Shown here piece after piece: positions 34,656 through 46,753 of a stretch of 64,000 nucleotides of DNA. Below the pieces are notes generated by a model. It saw nothing but the letters and a program-made list of their open reading frames with translations, did no database searches and was not told where the DNA came from. Within the stretch, counting starts at the first letter, position 1. Each line of letters begins with the position of its first letter. Source of the stretch: Pristiophorus japonicus (taxonomy: Eukaryota); NCBI RefSeq assembly GCF_044704955.1, contig NC_092006.1:5084001-5148000 (forward strand), in the 5' to 3' direction. The position numbers and the translations under genes are program-made.

Positions 34656-35405
34656 CTATGCTGATTATTCTGTGCCTGTCCTCGTCCCTTTTGCTGATTT
34701 ACTGACCTGCTGTTTTAGCCTTATTTTCCTTATAGGTAAATAGTCCCTCTCTATCCATGTTAGCCAGTACTGTAACTGTCTCTTTCCAACTTTTTCCTTG
34801 CCAGTCCAAAACCTTTATTTTGTATGTTCTTGCTTGTTGTGGCAACATACAATTTAACAAGGTTTGCACTGCCAAAGGTTCATCTTTTACCCCTTGCCAA
34901 GAGGACCCATATGCTGCCTGCAGTCATAATTTCACATCTCCAGGGAGGGGGTTATAAATGGTACAGGTTTGCTCAAGCCAGTTGTGAAAGGCTACTGGCT
35001 TCTTAACAGGATTAGGGGCGGCTGTTATTTTTTTTAAAAACAATTCTCCATATAATCTTTATCCCAAGTGGGGTCCCCTGTCCCATTTTTGGTGGTCTGT
35101 CTCCATTCCTCAATTAAGGACAATTTAAAACTTCCTCCATATGGCCAATCCCCATCAGACCAACCGTACAAATCTCTACTAAACGTTACCGCGTATCTGT
35201 CGTCTCCTGTTTCTTTAATTACAGTGTCTGCCGGCGAGCCGGGCGGCACGATGGGATCTCCTACCTTCTCTCGTTGCTTTGCTACCTTACGGATTCTTTT
35301 CTCAGTCTTAGGATGTACTTTCATTCTTTCAGTTGAGAGGTCGTCCTTCTTTCCTTTTCTAGGAGCTGGGCGCGAGCGCCCTGCTCGACTAGAGCCGTTT
35401 CCCAT
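34656..35405 (-). pseudogene. gag: ERV gag, internally deleted, ending at an amber readthrough junction
   Basis: MGNGSS (myristoylation-type start), WPYGGSF matrix motif and a capsid-like fragment (PNPVKKPVAFHNWLEQTCTIYNPLPGDV). TAG at 34656-34658 is in frame with protease (TAG GGA TGC CCC). Confidence 0.85.
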
Positions 35406-35720
35406 TCTGCCGGGTGCAACGTCTCGCGATCTTTTCTGAAATGAGAGTTAGGACAATCCTACAAAAGATACAATAATTTACAAAGCGCTCACCGGTGTTC
35501 TCTTTTCTGCTCAGCTCGGGGTCTCCTTTCTCCTTTTGTTATTTTAGCTTCTTTGCGGTAGCTACCTTATGCCTCACCCCCCCCAGGGGATCTCGGCGGC
35601 CTGTCCCCCTTTTGCTAGGACGGCCTTGGCACCTTCCTCCTTTCAGCTAGGAAGGTCCTTAAAATTCCTCTTTTCTCTTTAAAAGTTAAATTTAGTTCTT
35701 TTGGATCTCGTTTTTTAGAG

Positions 35721-35739
35721 ATCCTGCCGGACTACGCCA
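35721..35739 (-). promoter_or_regulatory. Primer-binding site, tRNA-Ser type
   Basis: Minus strand TGGCGTAGTC(C)GGCAGGAT, 5 nt after the 5' LTR; complementary to the vertebrate tRNA-Ser 3' end …ATCCTGCCGACTACGCCA with one extra base. Confidence 0.85.
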
Positions 35740-35744
35740 GAATC

Positions 35745-36207
35745 TGTCGAGGAAATATTTAGCTTAAATTAACTCAGGCGGAGACTTTCAGAAGTGCACT
35801 TCGAGAGAATTTATTTTAAAAAGCGAGATATATCTCGGAGAGCCTGCTTGGACCGTACCAAGGCAAAAACTCTGCCGTACAGGCAAATTGTCCCTATCTT
35901 TATACAGAAATTGAATACAGAAATATAAAAGGAATCTTATTCATTAGTCCCGCGAGTACAAAGGTCGTCTCGGGAGGTACACACTCTATCTGTCCTTGCA
36001 TCGTTTCTTTCTGTTCACAGTCTGATAAGCAGAATAAAAGGAGACTCCCTTTTAATCCCAGATGGTCATTTAATTGCATCTCTAAGTTTCAAGGCTAAAA
36101 AAGCGTGGCTATTTTTCTAGTCCTATTATTTCTTTAAGCATAGCAAAAACAGAATTTAACCCTTCCCTTTTCCATAAGCCATAGATTCATAGATTCTTTC
36201 TTCCACA
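35745..36207 (-). repeat. ERV 5' LTR (463 bp)
   Basis: TG…CA termini; matches the split LTR; adjacent PBS. Confidence 0.95.
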
Positions 36208-36627
36208 GGCACTCCCTCAGTACCGCCCCTACAACAATGCGGCGCTCCCTCAGTACTGCCCCTCCGACACTCCCGCCCCTCTGACGGTACTGCTGTTCCC
36301 TCAGTACCGCCCCTCCGACAGTGCGGCGCTCCCTCGGCACCGCACCTCCGACAGTGCGACGCTCCCTCAGTACTGCCCCTCCGACAGTGCGGCGCTCCCT
36401 CGGCACCGCCCCTCCAACAGTGCGACGCTCCCTCAGTACTGCCCCTCCGACGCTCCCTCGGCACCGCCCCTCCGACAGTGCGACGCTCCCACGGTACTGC
36501 CCCTCCGACAGTGTGACGCTCCCTCAGCACTGCACTGGAGTGTCAGCATAAATTTTTGTGCTCAAGTCTCTGGAGTGGGACTTACAACATTCTGATTCAG
36601 AGGTGAGCATGCTGCCCACTGAGCCAT
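36208..36627 (-). mobile_element. Head half of a SacSINE1-like SINE with 33-bp repeats, cut by the ERV LTR
   Basis: 33-mers followed by a tRNA-like head (minus strand TGGCTCAGTGGGCAGCA…). Confidence 0.8.
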
Positions 36628-36631
36628 GAGT

Positions 36632-36815
36632 AAACCAGATGAGTTTTTACGACAATCCAGTAGTTTTATGGTCACTATTACAGAGTTGAACTGTTAATCC
36701 CAGATTTATTAACTGAATTTAAATTCCCCAGCTGCCCTGGTGGGATTTGAACTCTGGTTTGCGGATCATTATTCCGGGCCTGGGGATTAGTAACGCAGTA
36801 ATTTACCACTACGCT
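36632..36815 (-). mobile_element. Second tRNA-derived SINE family fragment
   Basis: Minus strand A-box-like AGCGTAGTGGTAA and B-box-like GAGTTCAAATCCC. Confidence 0.5.
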
Positions 36816-37153
36816 GACGGGTCTGCCTTCTCTTACAGGCAGCGTCGATGGCAGTATCGATACTGTGAGGAGTTCCCCACTACCGTTGTCTGATTGGGGC
36901 TGCACTGTGACGCGGGAGATTTCAATAAAAGAGCGATAAGTCCGGTGGCCAAACGAGTCTCGTCTTTTTTTGAGTTGCTGTCCGATGGACATCTTACGCC
37001 GTTGTCCGCTCGGGACACGGAAGAGCACTTCAGCGACTGGGAGAGCTTGACACCGAGCCCAGGGTAGCGGTTGGTGGGAGAGTGGGGGGGCACCTGGAGT
37101 GGGCCGGGGACTGAGCGAAGGTTCGCGAGAGCTGGGATTTCAGGGGGACCGTT

Positions 37154-38820
37154 GCTGGGTAGCAGTGTGAGCTGTGAGGAGGACGCTAAGAGGCTGCAAG
37201 GTGACTTGAACAGGTTAGGTGAGTGGGCAAATGCAAGGCACATGCAGTATAATGTGGATAAATGTGAGGTTATCCACTTTGGTGGTAAAAACAGGAAGGC
37301 AGAATGTTATCTGAATGGTGACAGATTAGGAAAAGGGGCGGTGCAACGAGACCTGGGTGTCATGGTACATCAGTCATTGAAAGTTCTCATGCAGGTACAG
37401 CAGGCGGTGCAGAAGGCAAATGGTATGTTGGCCTTCATAGCGAGAGGATTTGAGTATAGGAGCAGGGAGGTCTTACTGCAGTTGTACAGGGCCTTGGTGA
37501 GGCCTCACCTGGAATATTGTGTAGAGTTTTGGTCTCCTAATCTGAGGAAGGACGTTCTTGCTATTGAGGGAGTGCAGCGAAGGTTCACCAGACTGATTCC
37601 CAGAATGGCAGGACTGACATATGAAGAAAGATTGGATCGACTCGGCTTATATTCACTGGAGTTTAGAAGAATGAGAGGAGATTTCATATAAATATATAAA
37701 ATTCTCACGGGATTGGACAGATTAGATGCAGGAAGAATGTTCCCGATGTTGGGGAAGTCCAGAACCAGGGGTCACAATCTAAGGATAAGGGGTAAGCCAT
37801 TTAGGACCGAGATTAGGAGAAACTTCTTCACTCAGAGAATTGTGAACCTGTGGAATTCTCTGCCACAGAAAGTTGTTGAGGCCAGTTCGTTGGATATATT
37901 CAAAAGGGAGTTAGATATGGTCCTTACGGCTAACGAGATCAAGGGGTATGGAGAGAAAGCAGGAATGGGGCACTGAGGGAATGATCAGCCATGATCTTAT
38001 TGAATGGTGGTGCAGGCTCGAAGGGCCGAATGGCCTACTCCTGCACCTATTTTCTATGTTGACAGTCGGAGGTGAGGCATAGATACATAGAAAATAGGTG
38101 CAGGAGTAGGCCATTCGGCCCTTCTAGCCTGCACCGCCATTCAATGAGTTCATGGCTGAACATGCAGTTAGAGAAAGAATTCAGGGAGCGAATTCAGAAT
38201 TCCTGGGCGTACTGACGGAATGCTGGGCTTCCATGGGAACAAGAGTCGGCCATTCGGCCCCTCGAGCCTGCTCCGCCCTTCAATAAGATCACGGCCGACC
38301 TTCGACCTCAACTCCACTTTCCCGCCCGATCCCTTGACTCCCCCCAGCTTCCAAAAATCTATCGATCTCAGCCTTGAATATATTCAACGACTGAGCCTCC
38401 ACAGCCCTCTGGGGCAGAGAATTCCAAAGATTCACCTCCCTCTGAGTGAAGAAATTCCTCCTCAACTCAGTCCTAAATGGCCGACCCCTTATCCTGAGAC
38501 TGTGTGACCCCTGGTTCTAGACTCTCCAGCCTGGGGGGAAACACCCTACCTGCATCTACCCTGTCAAGCCCTGTAAGAATTTTATATGTTTCAATGAGAT
38601 CACCTCTCATTCTTCTAAACTCTCGAGAATATAGACCTAGTCTCCTCATAGGACAATCCCCCCATCCCAGGAATCAGTCTGGTGAACCTTCGCTGCACTC
38701 CCTCTATGGCAAGTATATCCTTCCTTAGGTAAGGAGACTCAAACTGTGCACAGTATTCCAGGTGTGGTCTCACCAGGGCCCAATATAATTGCAGTAAGAC
38801 ATCCTTATTCTTATATTCCA
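37154..38820. mobile_element. CR1 fragments (37154-38060 on +; 38083-38168 and 38240-38820 on -)
   Basis: ORF2 C-terminal translations and 3' UTR tails. Confidence 0.88.
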
Positions 38821-39052
38821 TCTTGGTGCGAGTTAGGACACAGGGCGACAGATTTTTGTTGGCCTCATGTTTAAGGAGGTAGAACGTGGGAGGCCAGGAG
38901 AGCATTGGAATACAAGTGTAAGGGCGAAGATGAAAGCTCCCAATCAGTACCCAGGTTAAAGAAATGGCCCCTTTGAGGGATGTGAATGGCTCCTCCTGGA
39001 CTCTGCTCTCTGTTGATGCCCTTTGGTGTGAAGCTACCGCACAACCGCTGCC

Positions 39053-42005
39053 TCTCCAGCAGGTGGCGCTGTAACATCCCCTCCTTCTCCAGCAGGTGGT
39101 GCTGTAACATCCCCTCCCTCTCCAGCAGGTGGCGCTGTAACATCCCCTCCCTCTCCAGCAGGTGGTGCTGTAACATCCCCATTCACTCCAAGAGTTGGCG
39201 CCGTAACAGTCCCATTCTCTCCAGCAGGTGGCAATGTAACATACACTCCCTCTCCAGCAGGTGGCGCCGTAACAGTCCCGTTCTCTTCAGCAGGTGGCAC
39301 TGTAACATACACTCCCTCTCCAGCAGGTGGCGCCGTAACAGTCCCATTCTCTCCAGCAGGTGGCACTGTAACATACACTCCCTCTCCAGCAGGTGGCGCC
39401 GTAACAGTCCCATTCTCTTCAGCAGGTGGCACTGTAACAGCCCCTCCCTCTCCAGCAGGTGGCGGTGTAACATCCCCTCCCACTCCAGCAGGTGCCGCTG
39501 TAACAGTCCCATTCTCTCCAGCAGGTGGCACTGTAACATACCCTCCCTATCCAGCAGGAGGCGCCGTAACAGTCCCATTCTCTCCAGCAGGAGGCGCTGT
39601 AACAGTCCCATTCTCTCCAGCAGGTGGTGTTGTAACATCCCCATTCTCTCCAGCAGGTGGCGCTGTAACATACCCTCCGTCTCCAGCAGATGACGCTGTA
39701 GCATCCCCATTCTCTCCATCAGGCGGCGCTGTAACAGACCCTCCCACTCCAACAGGTGGCGCTGTAACAGACCCTCCCACTCCAACAGGTGGCGCTGTAA
39801 CAGACCCTCCCTCTCCAACAGGTGGCGCTGTAACAGACCCTCCAACTCCAACAGGTGGCGCTGTAACAGACCCTCCCTCTCCAGCAGGCGGGGCTGTAAT
39901 ATCCCCATTCTCTCCAGCAAGTGACGCTGTAACATCTCCTCGCTCTCCAGCAGGTGGCGCTGTAACCCCCATTCTCTCCATCAGGTGGTGCTGCAACATC
40001 CCCTGCCTCTCCAGTAGGTGACGCTGTAACCCCCATTCTCTCCATCAGGTGGTGCTGCAACATCCCCTCCCTCTCCAGCAGGTGGCTCTGTAACCCCCAT
40101 TCTCTCCAGCAGGTGGCGCTGTATCAAGGATCAAGGGGTATGGCGAGAAAGCAGGAATGGGGTACTAAAGTTGCATGTTGAGCCATGAACTCATTGAATG
40201 GCGGTGCAGGCTCGAAGGGCCGAATGGCCTACACCTGCACCTATTTTCTATGTTTCTATGTATCATCCCCTCCCTTTCCAGCAGGCGGCGCTGTAACATC
40301 CCCCATTCTCTCCAGCAGGTGAAACATAGAAAATAGGTGCATAGGCCATTCGGCCCTTCGAGCCCGCACCACCATTCAATAAGATCATGTCTGATCATTC
40401 ACCTCAGTACCCTTTCCTGCTTTCTCTCCATACTTCTTGATCCCTTTAGCTGTAAGGGCCATATCTAACTCCCTCCTGAATGTATCCAATGAACTGGCAG
40501 CAATAACTCTCTGCGGTAGGGAATCCCACAGGTTAACAACTCTCTAAGTGAAGACATTTCTCCTCATCTCAGTACTAAATGGCTTATCCCTTATCCTCAG
40601 ACTGTGACCCCTGGCTCTGGACTTCCCCAACATCGGGAACATTCTTCCTGCATCTAACCTGTCCAGTCCCGTCAGAATTTTATATGTTTCTATGAGATCC
40701 CCTCTCATCCTTCTGAACTCCAATGAATAAAGGCCCAGTTGATTCAGTCTCTCCTCATATGTCAGTCCAGCCATCCCTGGAATCTGTCTGGTGAACCTTC
40801 GCTGCACTCTCTCAATAGCAAGAACGTCCTTCCTCAGATTAGGAGACCAAAACTGAACACAATATTCCAGGTGAGGTCTCACCAAGGCCCTGTACAACTG
40901 CAGTAAGACCTCCCTGCTCCTATACTCAAATCCCCTAGCTATGAAGGCCAACATACCATTTGCCTTCTTCAGTGCCTGCTGTACCTGCATGCCAACTTTC
41001 AATGGCTGATGAACCATGACACCCAGGTCTCGTAGAGGATTTGAGAATAGGAGCAGGGAGGTCTTACTGCAGTTGTAGAGAGCCTTGGTGAGGCCACACC
41101 TGGAATATTGTGTTCAGTTTTGGTCTCCTAATCTGAGGAAGGATGTTCTTGCTATTGAGGGAGTTCAGCGAAGGTTCACCAGACTGAGTCCCAGGATGGC
41201 AGGACTGACATATGAAGAGAGACTGGATCGACTGGGCCTGTATCCACTGGAGTTTAGAAGAATGAGAGGGGATCTCATAGAAACACATAAAATTCTGACG
41301 GGACTGGACAGGTTAGATGCAGGAAGAATATTCCCGATGTTGGGGAAGTCCAGAAGCAGGGGTCACAGTCTAAGGATAAGGGGTAAGCCATTTAGGACCG
41401 AGATGAGGAGAAACTTCTTCACTCAGAGAGTTGTAAACCTGTGGAATTCTCTACCACAGAAAGTTGTTGAGGCCAGTTCATTAGTTATATTCAAAAGGGA
41501 GTTAGATGTGGCCTTTACGGTCAAAAGGATCAAGGGCAATGGAGAGAAAGCAAGAAAGGGGTACTGAGGTTGAATAATCAGCCATGATCTTATTGAATGG
41601 CGGTACAGGCTCGAAGGGCCGAATGGCCTGCTCCTGCACCTAATTGCTAAGTTTCTATGTAACATCCCCTCGCTCTCCAGCAGGTGGCGCTGTAACACCC
41701 CCATTCTCTCCAGCAGGTGGCGCTGTAACATCCCCATCCCTCTCCAGCAGGTGGTGCTGTAATATCCCCATTCTCTCCAGCAGGTGGCGCTGTAACACCC
41801 CTCCTTCTCCACCAGGTGGTGCTGTAACATCACCTCCTCCAGCACGTGGCACTGTAACATCCCTCCCTTCTCCACCAGGTGGCGCTGTAACATCACCTCC
41901 TCCAGCAGGTGGCACTGTAACATCCCCCCCTTCTCCACCAGGTAGCGCTGTAACATCAGCTCCTCCAGCAGGTGGCGCTGTAACATCCCCTCCCTCTCCA
42001 ACAGG
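39053..42005 (+). repeat. 33-bp minisatellite, each unit carrying a CTCF-consensus motif (ctCCAGCAGGTGGCGCTgtaacatccccattct), about 44 units in three blocks
   Basis: Blocks at about 39053-40121, 40262-40321 and 41658-42005, separated by CR1 insertions. Confidence 0.9.
40122..41657. mobile_element. CR1 fragments inserted in the CTCF-motif array (40125-40260 on +, 40322-41031 on -, 41035-41657 on +)
   Basis: ORFs 40544-41017 (-) and 41085-41567 (+) are ORF2 C-termini. Confidence 0.88.
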
Positions 42006-42688
42006 ACTCCTGTCGGAACCTCAGCACAGAAGGAGGCCATTCAGCCCGTGCCGGCTCTCTGTAAGAGCACTTCAGCTAGTCCCACTCCCTTGCCCTTTCC
42101 CGTTGCCCTGTAGATTGATTTTTCCTCAGGTACTTATCCAACTCCCTTTTGAAAGCCATGATTGAGTCTGCCTCCATCACCCTCTCAAGCAGCACATTCC
42201 AGATCCTAACCACTAGCTGCGGAAAAAGTTATTGCTCCTGTTACCTTTGGTTCTTCTGCCAATCGCCTTAAATCTGTGTCCTCTGGTTCTCAACCCGTCC
42301 GGCGATGTGAACAGTTTCTCCCTCTGTACTCTGTCTAGACCCCTCATGACTTTGAACGCCTGTATCAAATCTGCTCTCAACTTTCTCTAGTCTAAGAAGA
42401 ACAACTGCCAACTGAGCTGGTGATAAACTTCTTGAGTGCTGTCGGAGCTGCAACTCATCCAGGCAAGTGACGAGTGTTCCATCACACTCCTGACTTGTGC
42501 CTTGTAGACAGCGGAAAGGCTTTGGGGAATCAGGAGGTGAGACACTCGCCGTAGAATACCAAGCCTCTGACCCGCTCTTGTTCACACAGTATTTATGTGA
42601 CTGATCTGGTTGTATATTCGATGTAATTCTGTGCAAACCATTTGCAATGTGGCTAGGCAGAGTCACTGCACGAGTTCCCAGCCCCTGT

Positions 42689-43830
42689 ACATAGAAACAT
42701 AGACAATAGGTGCAGGAGTAGGCCATTCGGCCCTTCGAGCCTGCACCACCATTCAATAAGATCATGGCTGATCATGCAACTTCAGTACCCCATTCCTGCT
42801 TTCTCTCCATACCCCTTGATCCCTTTAGCCGTAAGGGCCACATCTAACTCCCTTTTGAATATATCTAACGAACTGGCCTCAATAACTTTCTGTGGTGGAG
42901 AATTCCACAGGTTCACAATTTTCTGAGTGAAGAAGTTTCTCCTCATTTCGGTCCTAGATGGCTTACCCCTTATCCTTAGACTGTGACCCCTGGTTCTGGA
43001 CTTCCCCAACATTGGGAACATTCTTCCTGCATCTAACCTGTCCAGTCCCGTCAGAATTTTATATGTTTCTATGAGATTCCCCTCTCATTCTTCTAAGTTC
43101 CAGTGAAAATAAGCCTAGTCGATCCAGTCTTTCTTCATATGTCAGTCTTGCCATCCCGGGAATCAGTCTGGTGAACCTTCGCTGCACTCTCTCAATAGCA
43201 AGAATGTCCTTCCTCAGATTAGGAGACCAAAACTGTACACAATATTCCAGGTGTGGCCTCACCAAGGCCCTGTACAACTGCGGTAAGAACCTCCCTGCTC
43301 CTATAGTCAAATCCTCTCGCTATGAAGGCCAACATGCCATTTGCCTTCTTCACCACCTGCTGTACCTGCATGCCAACCTTCAATGACTGATGTACCAGGA
43401 CACCCAGGTCTCGTTCCACCTCCCCTTTTCCTAATCTGTCACCATTCAGATAATATTCTCTCTTCCTGTTTTTGCCCCCAAAGTGGATAACTCACATTTA
43501 TCCACATTATACTGCATCTGCCATGCATTTGCCCACTCACCTAACCTGTCCAAGTCACCTTGCAGCCTCTTAGCATCCTCCTCACAGCTCACACCGCCAC
43601 CCAGCTTAGTGTCATCTGCAAACTTGGAGATATTACATTCAATTCCTTCATCTAAATCATTGATGTATATTGTAAATAGCTGGGGTCCCAGCACTGAGCC
43701 CTGCGGTACCCCATTAGTCACTGCATGCCTTTCTGAAAAGGACCCGTTTATCCCGACTCTCTGCTTCCTGTCTGCCAACCAGTTCTCTATCCACGTCAAT
43801 ACATTACCCCAATACCATGTGCTTTAATTT
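42689..43830 (-). mobile_element. CR1 LINE, 5'-truncated and frameshifted
   Basis: GVPQGSVLGP/FADD in ORF 43446-43799; catagaaa tail. Confidence 0.9.
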
Positions 43831-44380
43831 TACACACTGTGTCCTCTCCTTACTCACAGAGCACTTCAATCCCCAGATCAATTCTCATCGCCGCCACATT
43901 TAAAGCGGTCAGTTTCTGACTGGCACTTAGCAAAAAAACATCTGAAATGTTAAAAAAAAAACTACCCAAACCTGACTGAATGATACGGCACAGGAGGAGG
44001 CCATTTGGCCCATCCTGCCTGTTCTGGCTCTGTGAATGGGCTGCACCAGCTGGAGAGATCAGGACGTGTGGGGGCTCTGGGTGAGAAGTGGGTCAGAGCT
44101 CGATGATTTCACCTCTTTAAATTGACACCGACCACATTTTAAGACAATCAAACGTTTTATTATATTCAAGCACAATGGGGGAAAAAATGCAATGATGGCA
44201 AACCCAATAAAAAGAGGGAATGCTGGGAGTACACGGCTGGTCGGTCAGTGTCTGTAGTGGGGACAGACGAGTTAGTGTGGCTCGTAGAGAGGGACCCACT
44301 CCCGCAAACCCTCAGTTACTCATCCCTCCGCCTCACACAGGCTGACTGTGTTTCCAGCGTTTTATAGTGTTATTTTACAA

Positions 44381-44984
44381 NNNNNNNNNNNNNNNNNNNN
44401 NNNNNNNNNNNNNNNNNNNNNNNNNNNNNNNNNNNNNNNNNNNNNNNNNNNNNNNNNNNNNNNNNNNNNNNNNNNNNNNNNNNNNNNNNNNNNNNNNNNN
44501 NNNNNNNNNNNNNNNNNNNNNNNNNNNNNNNNNNNNNNNNNNNNNNNNNNNNNNNNNNNNNNNNNNNNNNNNNNNNNNNNNNNNNNNNNNNNNNNNNNNN
44601 NNNNNNNNNNNNNNNNNNNNNNNNNNNNNNNNNNNNNNNNNNNNNNNNNNNNNNNNNNNNNNNNNNNNNNNNNNNNNNNNNNNNNNNNNNNNNNNNNNNN
44701 NNNNNNNNNNNNNNNNNNNNNNNNNNNNNNNNNNNNNNNNNNNNNNNNNNNNNNNNNNNNNNNNNNNNNNNNNNNNNNNNNNNNNNNNNNNNNNNNNNNN
44801 NNNNNNNNNNNNNNNNNNNNNNNNNNNNNNNNNNNNNNNNNNNNNNNNNNNNNNNNNNNNNNNNNNNNNNNNNNNNNNNNNNNNNNNNNNNNNNNNNNNN
44901 NNNNNNNNNNNNNNNNNNNNNNNNNNNNNNNNNNNNNNNNNNNNNNNNNNNNNNNNNNNNNNNNNNNNNNNNNNNNNNNNNNNN
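44381..44984. other. Assembly gap (N run), followed by a GA-rich simple repeat
   Basis: Run of n. Confidence 0.99.
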
Positions 44985-45592
44985 AGGAAAAAGAGAGAAA
45001 GAGAAGGAAAGAGAGAGAAAGAAGGAAAGAGAGAAAGAGAGAGAGAAAGAGAAAGAAAAAAGGAGAAAGAAAAAGGATAAAAAGAGAAAGAGAGAAACAA
45101 AAGGAAGGAAAGAAAGACTTGCATTTATATAGCGCCTTTCTCAACGTCAGGACGTCCCAAAGTGCTTTGCAGCCAATGAAGTACTCTTGAACCAATCACT
45201 GTTGTAATGAGGGTTAATGAACTGGCAGAGGAGCAGAGGGATTATAGAGTGACGGGTTTATTGCAAGCCCTGCGTTAATCAATAACTTATTTTAAAGTGA
45301 ATGTTGTTCGGAGGTTTCTTTGTCGAGTTTGATTTCAGATCAGAGTGTCCGACTGCCGACGGATTCCGTAAACTGATGAATTTTCTCTGGACCATCAGCG
45401 TCTCCTCCTGTTCCCACTGAGGCAGTGACAGTTGACGATGCAGCTTGAGGAAGAATGAGGAAAAAAAGAGAGTGACTATACGTTAAGTTCTTCATTGTCT
45501 CTAAACGTTTTAGGAAGTCCTGAGATCTGGACTAGGAATTGAACCCACAAATTTCCGAGTTAAGAGGCGAAAGTGTGAGCAACTGAACCACT

Positions 45593-45759
45593 NNNNNNNN
45601 NNNNNNNNNNNNNNNNNNNNNNNNNNNNNNNNNNNNNNNNNNNNNNNNNNNNNNNNNNNNNNNNNNNNNNNNNNNNNNNNNNNNNNNNNNNNNNNNNNNN
45701 NNNNNNNNNNNNNNNNNNNNNNNNNNNNNNNNNNNNNNNNNNNNNNNNNNNNNNNNNNN
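45593..45759. other. Assembly gap (N run)
   Basis: Run of n. Confidence 0.99.
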
Positions 45760-45764
45760 CACAC

Positions 45765-46490
45765 GCAAAGTGCTGCAGTACAGCGGGACCTGGGGGTCCT
45801 GGTGCATGAAACACAAAATGTTAGTATGCAGGTACAGCAAGTGATCAGGAAGGCAAATGGCCTTTATTGCAAGAGAGATGGAGTATAAAAGCAGCGAAGT
45901 CCTGCTACAACTGTACAGGGTATTGATGAGGCCACACCTGGAGTACTGCGTGCAGTTTTGGTTTCCATATTTAAGGAAGGATACACTTGCTTTGGAGGCA
46001 GTTCAGAGAAGGTTCACTCGGTTGATTCCAGAGATGAGGGGGTTGACTTATGACGATAGATTGAGTAGGTTGGACCTACACTCATTGGAGTTCAGAAGAA
46101 TGAGAGGTGATCTTATCGAAGCGTATAAGATAATGAGGGGGCTCGACAAGGTGGATGCAGAGAGGTTGTTTCCACTGATGGGGGAGACTAGAACTAGGGG
46201 GCACGATCTTAGAATGAGGGGCCGCCCATTTAAAACTGAGATGAGGAGGAATTTCTTATCTCAGAGGGTTGTAAATCTGTGGAATTCTCTGCCTCAGAGA
46301 GCTGTGGAAGCTGGGACATTGAAGGCGGAGATAGACAGATTTTTGAGCGATAAGGGAGTGAAGGGTTATGGGGAGCGGGCAGGGAAGTGGAGCTGAGTCC
46401 ATGATCAGATCAGCCATGATCGTATCAAATGGCGGAGCAGGCTCGAGGGGCCGAATGGCCGACTCCTGCTCCTATTTCTTATGTACTTAT
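45765..46490 (+). mobile_element. CR1 LINE 3' fragment
   Basis: ORF 45857-46396 is the ORF2 C-terminus. Confidence 0.9.
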
Positions 46491-46753
46491 GTTCAGACAG
46501 GCACAAATACAAACACAGACTCGCCCACATATAAACACAGACATACACACACACAAATGCATTCTGACGTCTTGTATAACGGCTTCGCATAGAGGCCATT
46601 TAAGAACATGATTTGAGTTACCTTCACAATTACAGATGGTTGTCATCGCATTTTTACATCCCTATAATAATTCCTGTGGCTAAAGTATTAAAAACAGTAA
46701 ACCCACCATGGGCAGGAAGGGGGTAATGATGACCTGTATTCTCTGTAGCGATT

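Larger units (their letters stand above)
25044..36207 (-). mobile_element. Endogenous retrovirus (defective provirus: LTR-PBS-gag-pro-pol-orf-env-PPT-LTR)
   Basis: Two ~463-bp TG…CA LTRs, PBS, PPT, and recognisable MA/CA, PR, RT, RNase H, IN and Env segments. Confidence 0.97.

Noticed and set aside
38871-40063. ORFs with VTAPPAGE / LLQRHLLER repeats resembling mucin or antifreeze proteins
   Set aside because: Frames of the CTCF-motif minisatellite; open on both strands, broken by indels and CR1 insertions, with no splice context.
44348-45840. ORFs spanning N runs (also 53035-53790)
   Set aside because: Artefacts of assembly gaps.
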